Source: a virus
Reading direction: 5' to 3' (one strand)
Virus record (IMG/VR): IMGVR_UViG_3300027896_000001
Span: 1-64,000 of that record
DNA length: 64,000 nucleotides
Part shown: positions 48,701-57,324 of the stretch, one piece after another
Position numbering within the stretch: the first letter of the stretch is position 1
Layout: every line of letters starts with the position of its first letter
Notes under the pieces: model-generated
The model's database searches: none
What the model saw: the letters and a program-made list of their open reading frames with translations, nothing else
What the model was told of the DNA's origin: nothing
Position numbers and translations under genes: made by a program

Positions 48701-49534
48701 ACATTTAATACTACAACAGCAAACTCTACCGACATGGTAAAAAATACTTTAACTTATAATTATTATTCGCATGGAAACATAACATTTGAAATATCAAATG
48801 TTCGTAAGTATAATTGCAAAGAAAATATTAATCCTTTATTCCGTACATTGTCTATAAGTTTGCCATTTGATATTGAAGAGGTGATGTCGGATAGTTTTAA
48901 GCCAAGTAACGATTCTCCTCTTATCGATTCGGGAGACAATGCGTCTCTTGAGTATTTGCCTTATGTGATAGAAACTGACATTATTGGAAATGAAAGAATA
49001 TATAATTTCGGTGTTGTGGATATCGGTCCGTATGAACTTCAGCTTCATATACTATCTTTTAAAGCACAAAATATTTCTTCTATTTTTCAGGCAAAACTGT
49101 TTCTTGATGAAGAAAGTGATCCAAAGAAATACATTTCTCCTGATTTAAAAATAGTGTTTATCGACCTGTATGATCAATTTTATGATAACCCAGATTACCG
49201 TGAAGAATTTGTAAGAGAATCAAAAATTATTATAATGTTGAAACCTATGAAAAGCGATTATATTATCAAAACAGATAAACAAAATCTTCTGGTAAAAGAA
49301 TTCGAAGCCTATTATGACGCAACACTTGAATCAATAATAATTACGAAAGGCAATGATCTTCTCGGTAATCTTTTTAATAACATATTTACCGACAACAGGT
49401 ATGTTTTTGAATTCAACGAAATAACTCATAAATTTATTGTTTATTTTTATGATACCTATGATAAAGGTGTTTCTGGAGATAAAAATCCAGTGAAAAATGT
49501 GCAATTTGGCGGTACATCTCTTATCTTGAATTGA
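42731..49534 (+). CDS. Giant (2267-aa) multi-repeat right-handed beta-helix tail fibre/adhesin
   Basis: Four ~400-aa modules, each with EC..xRH.G, VEGL, NN(L/M)IY, YNNT and D(Y/F)HL...DLS.D..Y.F..D...W..GA. Confidence 0.8.
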   Translation: MKYLDYNITDDATATGDNSYPNTTIIFKDADNDDYRLDPRADDEAVKSGVDLSADSYYNFDHDVAGNKIDDTWQIGAYHFTREIRVAVGSPVSTDLKTATSPLTASVDEGIMTFSEDQVDERLCAGCVVALSPIGTTTTAAPLIDEFLLYEKIDTKNWIVLKKYQTGSGEYEDIGKANFTQGDMTVDSIKPHDESLFSALYDNLSGEAGIVTENGDRINFKTSDIKASVYCLFGKDTVGAKVNDEMTFDETRNLTVKTPIDILKECNSNLRHNGVFDESKWWVESAGACLDGIQMPVDYMTVEGLQLNAVNYGIIITGKEFKASSNIVRNAGLDGIQVDSSNPSSCAAVVNNMIYDHVDNAIKIKHNDYVGNNSYINVYNNTMVGGKHGINVERRPDKTYTNVVRMRNNLVQDTSGRAYIINVYDPHTTPLESCWGGDTSLSRYEGRLNKHSVTVNFRDRYSKDYHLAFADSIAMKDAPSLSADPDYAFNLDYEGDDRAWRKWDIGADNFLIGADKKVNFSLGMYEGNLDETPQDRLVSISGSVLTFKGGAIGSRIGVGDKVLYTVQTTSTTTGTASPVLSACYLSEKGNSDTWIVRTYDGGLVDDTNGDAPVTSIKRVTHNINDALDVNGLEEIACEYSGKTTTTTTFLTSKDLVSAKASIFVWCYNDGGVDSTTADIKGWTCSDDYRLNILTPFSTITQCGKKQRASAKWDTEKYTISIVSGSPTDVILIEDKFVNVIGIQCLVYLNTIYGIRMNNTAGSNIILNNFIRNTLVGIEVESTITDCVVANNVIIGGQIGIRAYSGVAYNNTIAEFTQCGIKSNDPTTLKLRNNISVSHLSPTEGCYYLGSGADIEYCLSSDASATVNEGCVINVWIKFEDPTNYDYHLKRDDWYAINFGTDLSSDADFPFNYDIDMDMLDADSWSLGADSIPDLETLHLYFAIGKNTDNFYTGSATFSIIGGVAVFKEKQDNENFGIGQVITYDINKTCYLGHKISEDEWEVMDRNGLPPDDILNATVISVKNVFNEIATAIGIGTGSISELIGDSSTPFMSLKKAKYQINFPVYKNSTPHSEQIVVELYETDEENFIRVYAPSDIATECVTRQRHTGWCPSSIASATRILATQFMINGVVLINIPYTVFEGLVIDGGGDHGGNHNNAIGCIGNPEKVKIIGCIIKNCADGIYNLTTSSVIMANNVIYECTNNAIVTGGFDIVYNNTMTKIDLTCLMNQYSDIVVNNIATVPLMGGVYVCYNDNSNLKNCLSEDGSAGTINDCQPNITINFTDPDNEDFHLKDGADSEAKGTGLQLASDSYYPFNVDAQNIQRRKRWDLGALEFETKKVYFAVGSSTNDFKTMPSSGTLDFNITLTEGTRPEEIHSVIEFGNEDGLIDQINSGLGVGNEIVSQDIPDGCLLKEKIDYSHWIVTDYHGDNIAACTGNVDQIKRPFNDLATALANVWFNYLTSKDLITQKVQLNIACYNDAAGFASDPGLANTAYISSDNNYYLKIYTPVDTQKEVNLPQRHDGYFGWIGETFHSGFYIDTAGEYGLNLWATDYVEVEGLSVMAQNGIASHGIQISNSKSFAIIGNIVKSCTGDGIRTQGSRMNARDFIINNLVYNCGGDGIRTGSFVPATNSKTYIYNNTVYNCKRGIHFCNVTEGDSIIGIAVNNICQKSKYQDYVDEYSGISGFFSVDNCISKDESVKFYDGDLSYKNTTIKFSNLSSENFNLDKTDYTAVDTAIDLSQVSPYNFIDDIALKPREPGYWDRGAFEIIEIIGSGELGMAPILMERYGASAGGAIPTLVLHLREHLLAGVDPDYQFTSISALNTFLDNNDYYDSYNLEINVESNIAFSGIFSLRNRGTTREVIIQTYAEELKNGPASLKYRNGPFVDDASVEKKIVCKNLKIYSDPESTTPNDYLLGVAALTRQIDFINCIVQVNKDAVVNTAPSCVINTINSIIVYANGDISNILVLSKENAGNFIGNSTILTYTHLDAITFNTTTANSTDMVKNTLTYNYYSHGNITFEISNVRKYNCKENINPLFRTLSISLPFDIEEVMSDSFKPSNDSPLIDSGDNASLEYLPYVIETDIIGNERIYNFGVVDIGPYELQLHILSFKAQNISSIFQAKLFLDEESDPKKYISPDLKIVFIDLYDQFYDNPDYREEFVRESKIIIMLKPMKSDYIIKTDKQNLLVKEFEAYYDATLESIIITKGNDLLGNLFNNIFTDNRYVFEFNEITHKFIVYFYDTYDKGVSGDKNPVKNVQFGGTSLILN

Positions 49535-49540
49535 GGAATT

Positions 49541-52500
49541 GTGAATTTTGTAAATCCATCAAGATCAACATATCATCACAACGTAATATCAGCGCTATCT
49601 GATGAAAACAGATTTGTGGCCAGTGGGCGTGCAAAAGGATATGCTGTTGACAGTTATTCGTGGCTGGCTGATTTTCTTTTTAAATATTCAGTAAACAAAA
49701 GTGTTAATCCTCACGTAGCGTATGTTTCTTTTTTCAGCGACAGGGAAATAATGTATGAGGAATTTGGAAATGTAGAACATTTATATATCGCTTATCCTTT
49801 TTTAACTTCTTATTCCAGGCAAAAACTTCCTTCAAATAGTTATGAATTGACAAAACAACAATATTCTGCAATAAGTAATAGAGGCGCGGAATTCGATATA
49901 ATAGAATACCTGAACATTTCTGATCAAAAAAAAGTAAAAGAAGAAACTAATCCAACTTCATTGAGTTACAATCATGGTTTTTGGAGGGCGCCGGCTTTAA
50001 TTGCCTCTGGGCGACGAATGAAACTTGACCACGTTATTGACCAGGGGGCCAGCGCTTTATACAACAAAGCTGAAAATTATAATCGTTATTTCTGGGCATA
50101 TCAATGGGCAAATTCATCCCATATTGAATTAACCAATGCCGATATTATTCTTGGAACATACGATGAAGATCTGCTGCAAATGTATCCTAACGCCGCCTGG
50201 GATGAAATCAATACTTATACATCTTTTGATGCGGGGCATACAGAAGAAATAAGAAAACTGATTGATGTTAAATTCAACGTGGCAAATCAAAAATATTTCT
50301 ATTTTGATAAAATGATTGAATGGGTTGCATATTACAACGATACTGTGCATTATTATGAACAACAATTTATGCCATATTATGGATTTGTGAATTTTTACAG
50401 TATTGACTGGGCAGAAATACACCCGTTTACATATTTGGGAACATCCGAATATGGGCAAATGGTAAGTTTTTTTCCTGAAATAATAAGAAAAGGGATTGTG
50501 GAGCCCGCAAAAGTCATAGCGAATTGGGGAAACCGATCAACCCCTGATGGCGGTCAACTTGTTTTTAATAACGGCGTCCACATGAACGATCCTTCAGATC
50601 AATCGCGTATTGTTTATAATGCATGCCGGCATATGTTGAATAAACCGCAATTCACTAATTATACCACAGATTTCCAGGTATTCAAGAAAGATCTGGCTGG
50701 AAATATCTTATACTCTGGAATAGATATTGACACTGAACGTAACAGAAGATATTCAGCCGTTGTCATGACTGAACCTTATTTTGTCACTGTGCCAGTCGGA
50801 AACGGTGAAATAGTAAATTACATGTTTGTCACTAAAGATAATTCTCCAATGACTATTAATAATGACCCCACTTCAATGTTTTTAAAAATTAAAACAACAA
50901 AAAGCATGATTGCAAAAATAGACCAACTTCTTCAAACAGCTGATTTTAATACCGACATCATAGAGACATTAACAATTAATGATCCAAGAAACGTATCAAA
51001 AATATCTAAATTTCTGGGTTATTCAACATCCGAACAATATTATTGTGATTTTGCAAGCAGTGATGAGCAGTTCATAAAAAGGCAGGATGATTGTCTTGAC
51101 GATTTGATAGGAGGAGACGGCACAACTCGAGGAATTGCCGGACAAGGAAAGCATGTTACTTTTACGGTATCTGACGGTTCAGAGCAATACAGCGGCGCAC
51201 TAAGAAAAATATGCGGACTTGGCTGGATAGCGAAGACCGTGATAAATAATAAAAATCAGATATCAGGAGTTAAAAACGAACTTGTTTTGTATTGTACGAA
51301 TTATGAGGCTGTAAATTCTCCTGGAGAAACACCTATAACGAATATTTCGAAAGAACTTATTTCAGATTATACCATAATTGATAAAACTGTTCCGTATGAA
51401 ACTTTTAAGCCAATGCTTAAGCTCCCTGGAATCAATGGATATGTTAAAATAATCGAACGAAACCGCCATTTTAAAATTACCAGAGCAAGCGATGGAATGT
51501 ATGAAGTCGTCTATAACGTAGAATTTCCGTATTGCCCGGGGTCTTACACTGAGCGCGTTACAATGAATTTTGCTGGAGATAATTGGTATAATAATCCTGT
51601 TCCAACTTATAAACAAACATGGATTTTAAAAAAACTGTCATATATACCAGCCGGTTCCCAAGAAGTGTTTTTATCAGACGAAGATTCCAGACAAGATATC
51701 AGCAATGACCGTTATGCCCCATTTGCCGATGATTCGTTTTGTGTTCATAGTGTTCTGGCTCAGCGCGCAGCATCAGGTTTAATAATTACGGAACCATTTC
51801 AACTTGGCGGCGGAGAGGAAGACGTAATAGAGACTCAAAAGAATCTTGTTGAATATCCGGCTGATTTGGTCTGGATGCTTGAAAAATTTAAAATGCTTTC
51901 TTTAATCAAATCGAGGGTTCCAGGATTTGAAAGATATGGAACATACGACGTTATGCTTGTTGATGATCCTGACAACAACCATTATTCAAAAGATATTAAA
52001 CTTTTGGGTTTAGTGGATAACAGGCAATGGAGATTTGCAAAAGAAAAATTCAGTTCATATATTAATAGGGAAAATCCATCGTATGTATGTGAAATAGATG
52101 TTTCTGCATTATTCAATGATTTCAAACAGTATCAGAAAACAGATTCCGGAGTTCCGGATGTAAAACGCTGGTTATACGGATATCTTGCCGGATTTGCGCA
52201 TACAATGGCCGACGCCGATGTTTCTGTTGATCATTCTGTAGAGATAATTGATGACTTTCCGGTTACCGAAAAAATATCAACAATGCAAAACAATGATTTG
52301 GAGTCAACCTTATCCGAATCAGATATAGCAATAGAAATATGGGACAATAAATCATTATTAGGCATCGAAGAAGAAACCAATATATATGGCGGAAACTGGC
52401 GCCCATTTTCTCCTATAAGTTCTGATACCCAAAAAGCTCCTGGAAAACTTATTATTGAGGGATTGCAGATAAGCCATATAGACGGCAGCGCTGTTGACGG

Positions 52501-53251
52501 CGTGACGAATATTTTTGGAAACATATATTCTGTTTCCATTGGTTATCTTGATAGTTCTTTCAGCCTCATGTTTCCGGATTTTGTCAATTTTAATAAACCT
52601 TCAAATATTTTGGAAGGCAGATCCAATCTTGCCCTTTCAATCGGGAATTCGGTTAATGGAATTAAATCATATCATATAATTTACATAACAAAGTTAACGG
52701 ATGATCTTGGAGTAAGACAGCTTTTCAGGGCATATATTTACTGTGATGATCCGGACGATCTTCCTGTATTTGATCCTGAAAATCCTTCAGGAAATCCCGG
52801 TCCATTCAGTATTTATGAACCTAAAAAACAAATAAGCAAAAACGTCACATTTGATTTATATACCAGCCAAGTAATTCAAAATCTAGCTGATAATATTATT
52901 GTAAGATATATTGACATGCAATCAACTCTTGAAAATGAAGATCTTTCTTTGCCTGATCGTGAAAAATATATTGATAATAATAAAAAAATATTCTTTCGAA
53001 TTCGTGTTATTAAAAAGAAGAATTATTCAGCATCCAACGATTCGAAAGACATAAGCTCCATTCAGTATAAGGGCCCGGCTATAGACGATGAAGATTTAAC
53101 GGTTACTCAAAAAGAATGGAGTAATTTTCCATGGGCTACCGTAACCGGCGATACCGTAATTATAGATGAAAAATTTGACTGGAGAAAAATTTTAACTCAG
53201 GAAATTGTAAGAAAACTTGGAATGACTTATTTCAAATGTTCATCTAAGTAA
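49541..53251 (+). CDS. Large hypothetical virion protein
   Basis: 1236-aa ORF with GTG start and GAGG RBS. Confidence 0.75.
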   Translation: MNFVNPSRSTYHHNVISALSDENRFVASGRAKGYAVDSYSWLADFLFKYSVNKSVNPHVAYVSFFSDREIMYEEFGNVEHLYIAYPFLTSYSRQKLPSNSYELTKQQYSAISNRGAEFDIIEYLNISDQKKVKEETNPTSLSYNHGFWRAPALIASGRRMKLDHVIDQGASALYNKAENYNRYFWAYQWANSSHIELTNADIILGTYDEDLLQMYPNAAWDEINTYTSFDAGHTEEIRKLIDVKFNVANQKYFYFDKMIEWVAYYNDTVHYYEQQFMPYYGFVNFYSIDWAEIHPFTYLGTSEYGQMVSFFPEIIRKGIVEPAKVIANWGNRSTPDGGQLVFNNGVHMNDPSDQSRIVYNACRHMLNKPQFTNYTTDFQVFKKDLAGNILYSGIDIDTERNRRYSAVVMTEPYFVTVPVGNGEIVNYMFVTKDNSPMTINNDPTSMFLKIKTTKSMIAKIDQLLQTADFNTDIIETLTINDPRNVSKISKFLGYSTSEQYYCDFASSDEQFIKRQDDCLDDLIGGDGTTRGIAGQGKHVTFTVSDGSEQYSGALRKICGLGWIAKTVINNKNQISGVKNELVLYCTNYEAVNSPGETPITNISKELISDYTIIDKTVPYETFKPMLKLPGINGYVKIIERNRHFKITRASDGMYEVVYNVEFPYCPGSYTERVTMNFAGDNWYNNPVPTYKQTWILKKLSYIPAGSQEVFLSDEDSRQDISNDRYAPFADDSFCVHSVLAQRAASGLIITEPFQLGGGEEDVIETQKNLVEYPADLVWMLEKFKMLSLIKSRVPGFERYGTYDVMLVDDPDNNHYSKDIKLLGLVDNRQWRFAKEKFSSYINRENPSYVCEIDVSALFNDFKQYQKTDSGVPDVKRWLYGYLAGFAHTMADADVSVDHSVEIIDDFPVTEKISTMQNNDLESTLSESDIAIEIWDNKSLLGIEEETNIYGGNWRPFSPISSDTQKAPGKLIIEGLQISHIDGSAVDGVTNIFGNIYSVSIGYLDSSFSLMFPDFVNFNKPSNILEGRSNLALSIGNSVNGIKSYHIIYITKLTDDLGVRQLFRAYIYCDDPDDLPVFDPENPSGNPGPFSIYEPKKQISKNVTFDLYTSQVIQNLADNIIVRYIDMQSTLENEDLSLPDREKYIDNNKKIFFRIRVIKKKNYSASNDSKDISSIQYKGPAIDDEDLTVTQKEWSNFPWATVTGDTVIIDEKFDWRKILTQEIVRKLGMTYFKCSSK

Positions 53252-53286
53252 GTTGATTAAATAAGGCAAACATTGTATTTTGAAGT

Positions 53287-54396
53287 ATGGAGGACCCGAT
53301 GGTCGCAAATTTAAGGGCTGAACCAATAGAAGGCCATGTTACCGACAGCGCCGGGAATGTATTAAGAAATGCCGTAGTGGTAATTAAACAACTTACCCCC
53401 ACAGGCAGTTACGTTGTTGATACGGTTCAATCGGACGATGACGGGTATTTCATTTCAAAACCAATTCCGGCAGGCGTTTATGATATATACGAATCAGGCA
53501 TTAAAATTTCCAGAGTAATCCATCAAACAATTGGTGGCGGAATTCAATGTTTTAAAGCTGATACAGAAAATTATGATCTTACAAAAATAGGGAATTTTCA
53601 AACCCTTGCCGAAACAACACCTCCGACATTACAAAAGTATAAAGCATTTATTCAACTTGAGCCTGGTTATATTGATGTTGCTCATTATGGCAGCATATTC
53701 CCTATTTACGATCAGAATATTTTAGCAGCCCCTGAAGCACAAACACTAAATGAATTAAATGAAATTGCGAAATTTTTTGATTTTTCAGACAAATCAAGAA
53801 TAACTGTAAGTCGTTTTGACGTGGAGTATTTTTCTCCTTTAACAGCACTGTCATCTTCGTATAAACGAATACGCTGGGCCGGCGTTCCGGCAATACGACT
53901 TTATGGAGATTCAAAACTTATAATTCCGCTCGATTATTTTTCAATTGTTCCAAATCTTCCAAAGATCACCCGGCCAACAAGCGATAGTTTTGGCGCAACC
54001 GATATAACGGTTACATCCTATGACCCAAATTACATAACAATTACCGAAGGTACAGGTAGCCAATTATCAGAATTGGTGCAATTGATTTCGCAAGGAGACA
54101 TTATAAAATTAAGAATGAAAGACAACACAACGCCGTGGTATTGGTATGGAATTGTTGTCAGCATGTCTTCTAATAATGGCGTTGAAAGTATCACTCTTGA
54201 AAAATGGAAAAGTTCGCGATTTTTGTCTGATGATTCAATGGCGGCAGGAAAGATTGTAGATAAGCTTTTTGTATTCGATGGGTTATTTCCCAACATCATG
54301 AATATTGATGAAGAAATCAATCAAAGATTTACTATTATAGAAAATATTTTTGCACAAGACAGCGATACCGAATTGTATAATTATAATAATCAATAA
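53287..54396 (+). CDS. Protein with an N-terminal carboxypeptidase-regulatory-like (prealbumin-fold) domain
   Basis: IEGHVTDSAGNVLRNAVV...SDDDGYF...IPAGVYDI. Confidence 0.65.
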   Translation: MEDPMVANLRAEPIEGHVTDSAGNVLRNAVVVIKQLTPTGSYVVDTVQSDDDGYFISKPIPAGVYDIYESGIKISRVIHQTIGGGIQCFKADTENYDLTKIGNFQTLAETTPPTLQKYKAFIQLEPGYIDVAHYGSIFPIYDQNILAAPEAQTLNELNEIAKFFDFSDKSRITVSRFDVEYFSPLTALSSSYKRIRWAGVPAIRLYGDSKLIIPLDYFSIVPNLPKITRPTSDSFGATDITVTSYDPNYITITEGTGSQLSELVQLISQGDIIKLRMKDNTTPWYWYGIVVSMSSNNGVESITLEKWKSSRFLSDDSMAAGKIVDKLFVFDGLFPNIMNIDEEINQRFTIIENIFAQDSDTELYNYNNQ

Positions 54397-54435
54397 ACAT
54401 AATGGGTGGCCTTTTAACATTAAAAGAGGAGGAAA

Positions 54436-54864
54436 GTGTTTATGAAAAAGGAAGAATTAGCAGAAGTTGACAAGGAACAAAAATCAATAATTGCGGTTGC
54501 GTATCTTCTGCGCCATGTAGAACTACAACCCGAAGAAACAAAATCTTTATTCAAAAAGCTTGAAGAATACGATAAGGGCGCACGAAACATTCAAGCAACA
54601 ATCAGAGAAGCTCAAAAATCCATCACTGAACTGAGATCAAACATGGACCAGGTTATCGGTTCCATAACTGCCGTTTCAGAATTGATTTCAGAAAAAATTC
54701 CACCTGAAAAAATAGATGAATTCTGTCTTGCTTATACCCCGCCAATGGAAGTTCAAACTGCAATGAGGCGTCCTGTTCCAAGGCCTTCTGCAGAACCCGA
54801 CATGGCCGGGTCGACGGCAAAAAAACTTCCTCCTATGCAGCCTCTTAAAGGAGACATTAAATGA
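54436..54864 (+). CDS. Coiled-coil hypothetical protein
   Basis: GAGGAGG RBS; heptad-rich. Confidence 0.7.
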   Translation: MFMKKEELAEVDKEQKSIIAVAYLLRHVELQPEETKSLFKKLEEYDKGARNIQATIREAQKSITELRSNMDQVIGSITAVSELISEKIPPEKIDEFCLAYTPPMEVQTAMRRPVPRPSAEPDMAGSTAKKLPPMQPLKGDIK

Positions 54865-55865
54865 GGAGAGTAAACATAAAAAGCGGTCTGAAACAACGTC
54901 TTCCTGATATTCTGGGAACTGACGGCGCTTTTGTTGCTAATGACGCCGTGGCAGAACAGGATATCTTTGAACTTAATCCATGGTCAATTCAGGCCGCGTT
55001 GCTTTCCAATATTGAAAGACTTGTAAAAGCAGTTGTTGGAGATTCATCTACGGGCAGGCCCATGCAGGGCCTGCTTTTATCAAAAGTTACAGCGTATCAG
55101 TATCAAGTAAGCGCAGGATATGGATTCACTCCTGATGGAAAAATCATAACAATTGGATCGTCATTTACTATGTCTGTTCCAATACCATCAGGTGATTTTT
55201 ATGTTTATTTAAAACATTCTTTAGCAATAGCGCCGGAAGCAAACCATGTTTATGGAAAAAATACCACATTTGTAGCAGAGACAACCAGAAAAGAACTTGT
55301 CATAGATGATTTCGGCGAAGTACATAAAACAGACATTGTAAATTATTTGAACGATATAGTTGAAGCTGGAGATGAAAAACAGGATTGTACCGGATATGTT
55401 TATCTTGGAAAAATAACTGTAGCAGGAGGACAAGGAATAGTAGCAGATTCTGACATCATAAACAATCCCAATAGAGGATTGCAAAATGATGTTGTAAATA
55501 CCGTCGCTGCACAAGTAATTTCTGAACTTGGAGAAACAATATTATCCGGAAATTTTTCAGCCACTTCTCACACTTCAGAAGAGATTAATTTACCTTCTGG
55601 ATATTATTTTACCAATTGTATTATTATTGCCGCTCATGTCGTTCTTCCAAGTTATGATGTAGATAATCCAGGTGATACCACGGCAAAAAAAAGAATGCTT
55701 CCCTTTTTATGGACTGATTATGAAGATACAGGATCTCTTGTAATTGTTTCTGCAACATTATTAGATACCGATAAAATACGAATTTATGCAAATAAGCACA
55801 ATGGGAGCACTAATATAGACCTTAATGGTGGATCATATACTTTTGTTTTAAAGAAAATTTCTTAA
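54861..55865 (+). CDS. Putative tail/baseplate-associated protein
   Basis: YQVSAGYGFTPDGKII and YVYLGKITV patterns seen in tail-collar proteins. Confidence 0.55.
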   Translation: MRRVNIKSGLKQRLPDILGTDGAFVANDAVAEQDIFELNPWSIQAALLSNIERLVKAVVGDSSTGRPMQGLLLSKVTAYQYQVSAGYGFTPDGKIITIGSSFTMSVPIPSGDFYVYLKHSLAIAPEANHVYGKNTTFVAETTRKELVIDDFGEVHKTDIVNYLNDIVEAGDEKQDCTGYVYLGKITVAGGQGIVADSDIINNPNRGLQNDVVNTVAAQVISELGETILSGNFSATSHTSEEINLPSGYYFTNCIIIAAHVVLPSYDVDNPGDTTAKKRMLPFLWTDYEDTGSLVIVSATLLDTDKIRIYANKHNGSTNIDLNGGSYTFVLKKIS

Positions 55866-55892
55866 TATAAACGTTAACGACGGAGCAAACCA

Positions 55893-56570
55893 ATGAAATA
55901 CGCCATTGATGGAAAGTATCCTATTGAGACCAAAGATCAGCTGGAAAAAACAGCTGCCTATTTTGACAAGTTTCTTCCAAGATTTCATCCAAAAGACAGA
56001 ATTAAAATAGCCTCAACGATGGAAAAGCGCGCGGAAGAACTTGGTGTAAACCTGACTCGTGACTGGATAACAAATTATTCAAGGCCGTTAAGAGGAACGG
56101 CCACGGTGTCTCCGGATTTCGAACGCAATATTGAAATGCGAAAACAGGCATGCGCAGGAAAAACACTTACAATTTCAGGGCAACCGGTTAAAGCTGAAGT
56201 GCTACTGGAAAAAATCGCAACCAGCATAAACGAGCATGGTACTTTTGTCATTGTCGATGAATTGTTCAGTTTTGACAAATTGGCCGGCCTCGAATATCAA
56301 TGGGACAAATCCATTGTCGACCCGGTAATGACGGTTTTCGGAAGCCTTTCCAATCCCGAGTATGATGCGGTTAAAATATTCGATAATATAACAAATTACG
56401 GAATAAAGAAACTGGCAGTAATGGGCGGCGAAGTTGCCAGAGTTCTCACACAACGCCTGGGTAAAGACACGACAAAAGCCTTCCTTAGAGATCCCGAAGA
56501 AGCAATGCACAAACTCAACGATGATCAAAAAACAGTCGCAAGAGACGTATTGCACCATTACGGAATGTAA
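55893..56570 (+). CDS. Putative head-associated protein rich in K-x-A sites
   Basis: YPIETKDQLEKTAAYF; KTA, KIA, KRA, KQA, KIA, KLA, KLA; two genes upstream of the portal. Confidence 0.65.
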   Translation: MKYAIDGKYPIETKDQLEKTAAYFDKFLPRFHPKDRIKIASTMEKRAEELGVNLTRDWITNYSRPLRGTATVSPDFERNIEMRKQACAGKTLTISGQPVKAEVLLEKIATSINEHGTFVIVDELFSFDKLAGLEYQWDKSIVDPVMTVFGSLSNPEYDAVKIFDNITNYGIKKLAVMGGEVARVLTQRLGKDTTKAFLRDPEEAMHKLNDDQKTVARDVLHHYGM

Positions 56571-56572
56571 TA

Positions 56573-57316
56573 ATGCAAAAATTATCTCAGTCTTTATTAG
56601 ATGCCCAAATTATCGGCAATAAAGAAGAAGCCGATAAAATAAAGGCACAAATAGACGAAAGATTCAAGGGCGCTCTTCCTAAGCCAAAAGAAAATATTGT
56701 CCGTTTCAATACTATTTTAAATGACGACAGAGCCCCGGCAAAAAAAGTATATATCTTTTTAAACAGCGAACTCGGAACAAACTGGTGGGAATGGGAGATG
56801 GAGACGGTCGATAGATTGCTCTGGATGAAATTCGGAATAGCTATTGAAGATATTAACCGGGATAAAATTTTTGCAATAAGACATCTGTGTCGAAGCGATC
56901 TTGCTTTTAATGATTGGTGGGAATTCAATCAACTTGCTCTTTCATTTTCAGGAAGTATTGCTGATTTTGATATGATACGAAAGCCATCAATCGGAATGGT
57001 TATCAATGCCGTCAAAACCATGAACATGATACGCCCTGAAAGACAATGGGTTTTCGGAAAAGATGTCATTTCTTATATTTGTATTCTTTTAAAAGAAGAT
57101 GGAATTTACGCTCCTCCTCCATCACTTGTAAACTTAATAGAAGAAAAATTTGTAACAATGATTTCTACGGAACTGCAACAAAAGTGGCCGCTTATTAAGG
57201 CCCGTTATATGGAACTTGTTGAAGAAAAAAATACCGATATTAAAGAAGATGTTGTTGATATACAGGCTCGCAGGATTTTTTCTGCTGAAGCCGCATCTGT
57301 TTCTTATGGCGCATAG
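56573..57316 (+). CDS. Hypothetical head-module protein
   Basis: ORF directly upstream of the portal-like gene. Confidence 0.7.
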   Translation: MQKLSQSLLDAQIIGNKEEADKIKAQIDERFKGALPKPKENIVRFNTILNDDRAPAKKVYIFLNSELGTNWWEWEMETVDRLLWMKFGIAIEDINRDKIFAIRHLCRSDLAFNDWWEFNQLALSFSGSIADFDMIRKPSIGMVINAVKTMNMIRPERQWVFGKDVISYICILLKEDGIYAPPPSLVNLIEEKFVTMISTELQQKWPLIKARYMELVEEKNTDIKEDVVDIQARRIFSAEAASVSYGA

Positions 57317-57324
57317 GGGATTAT

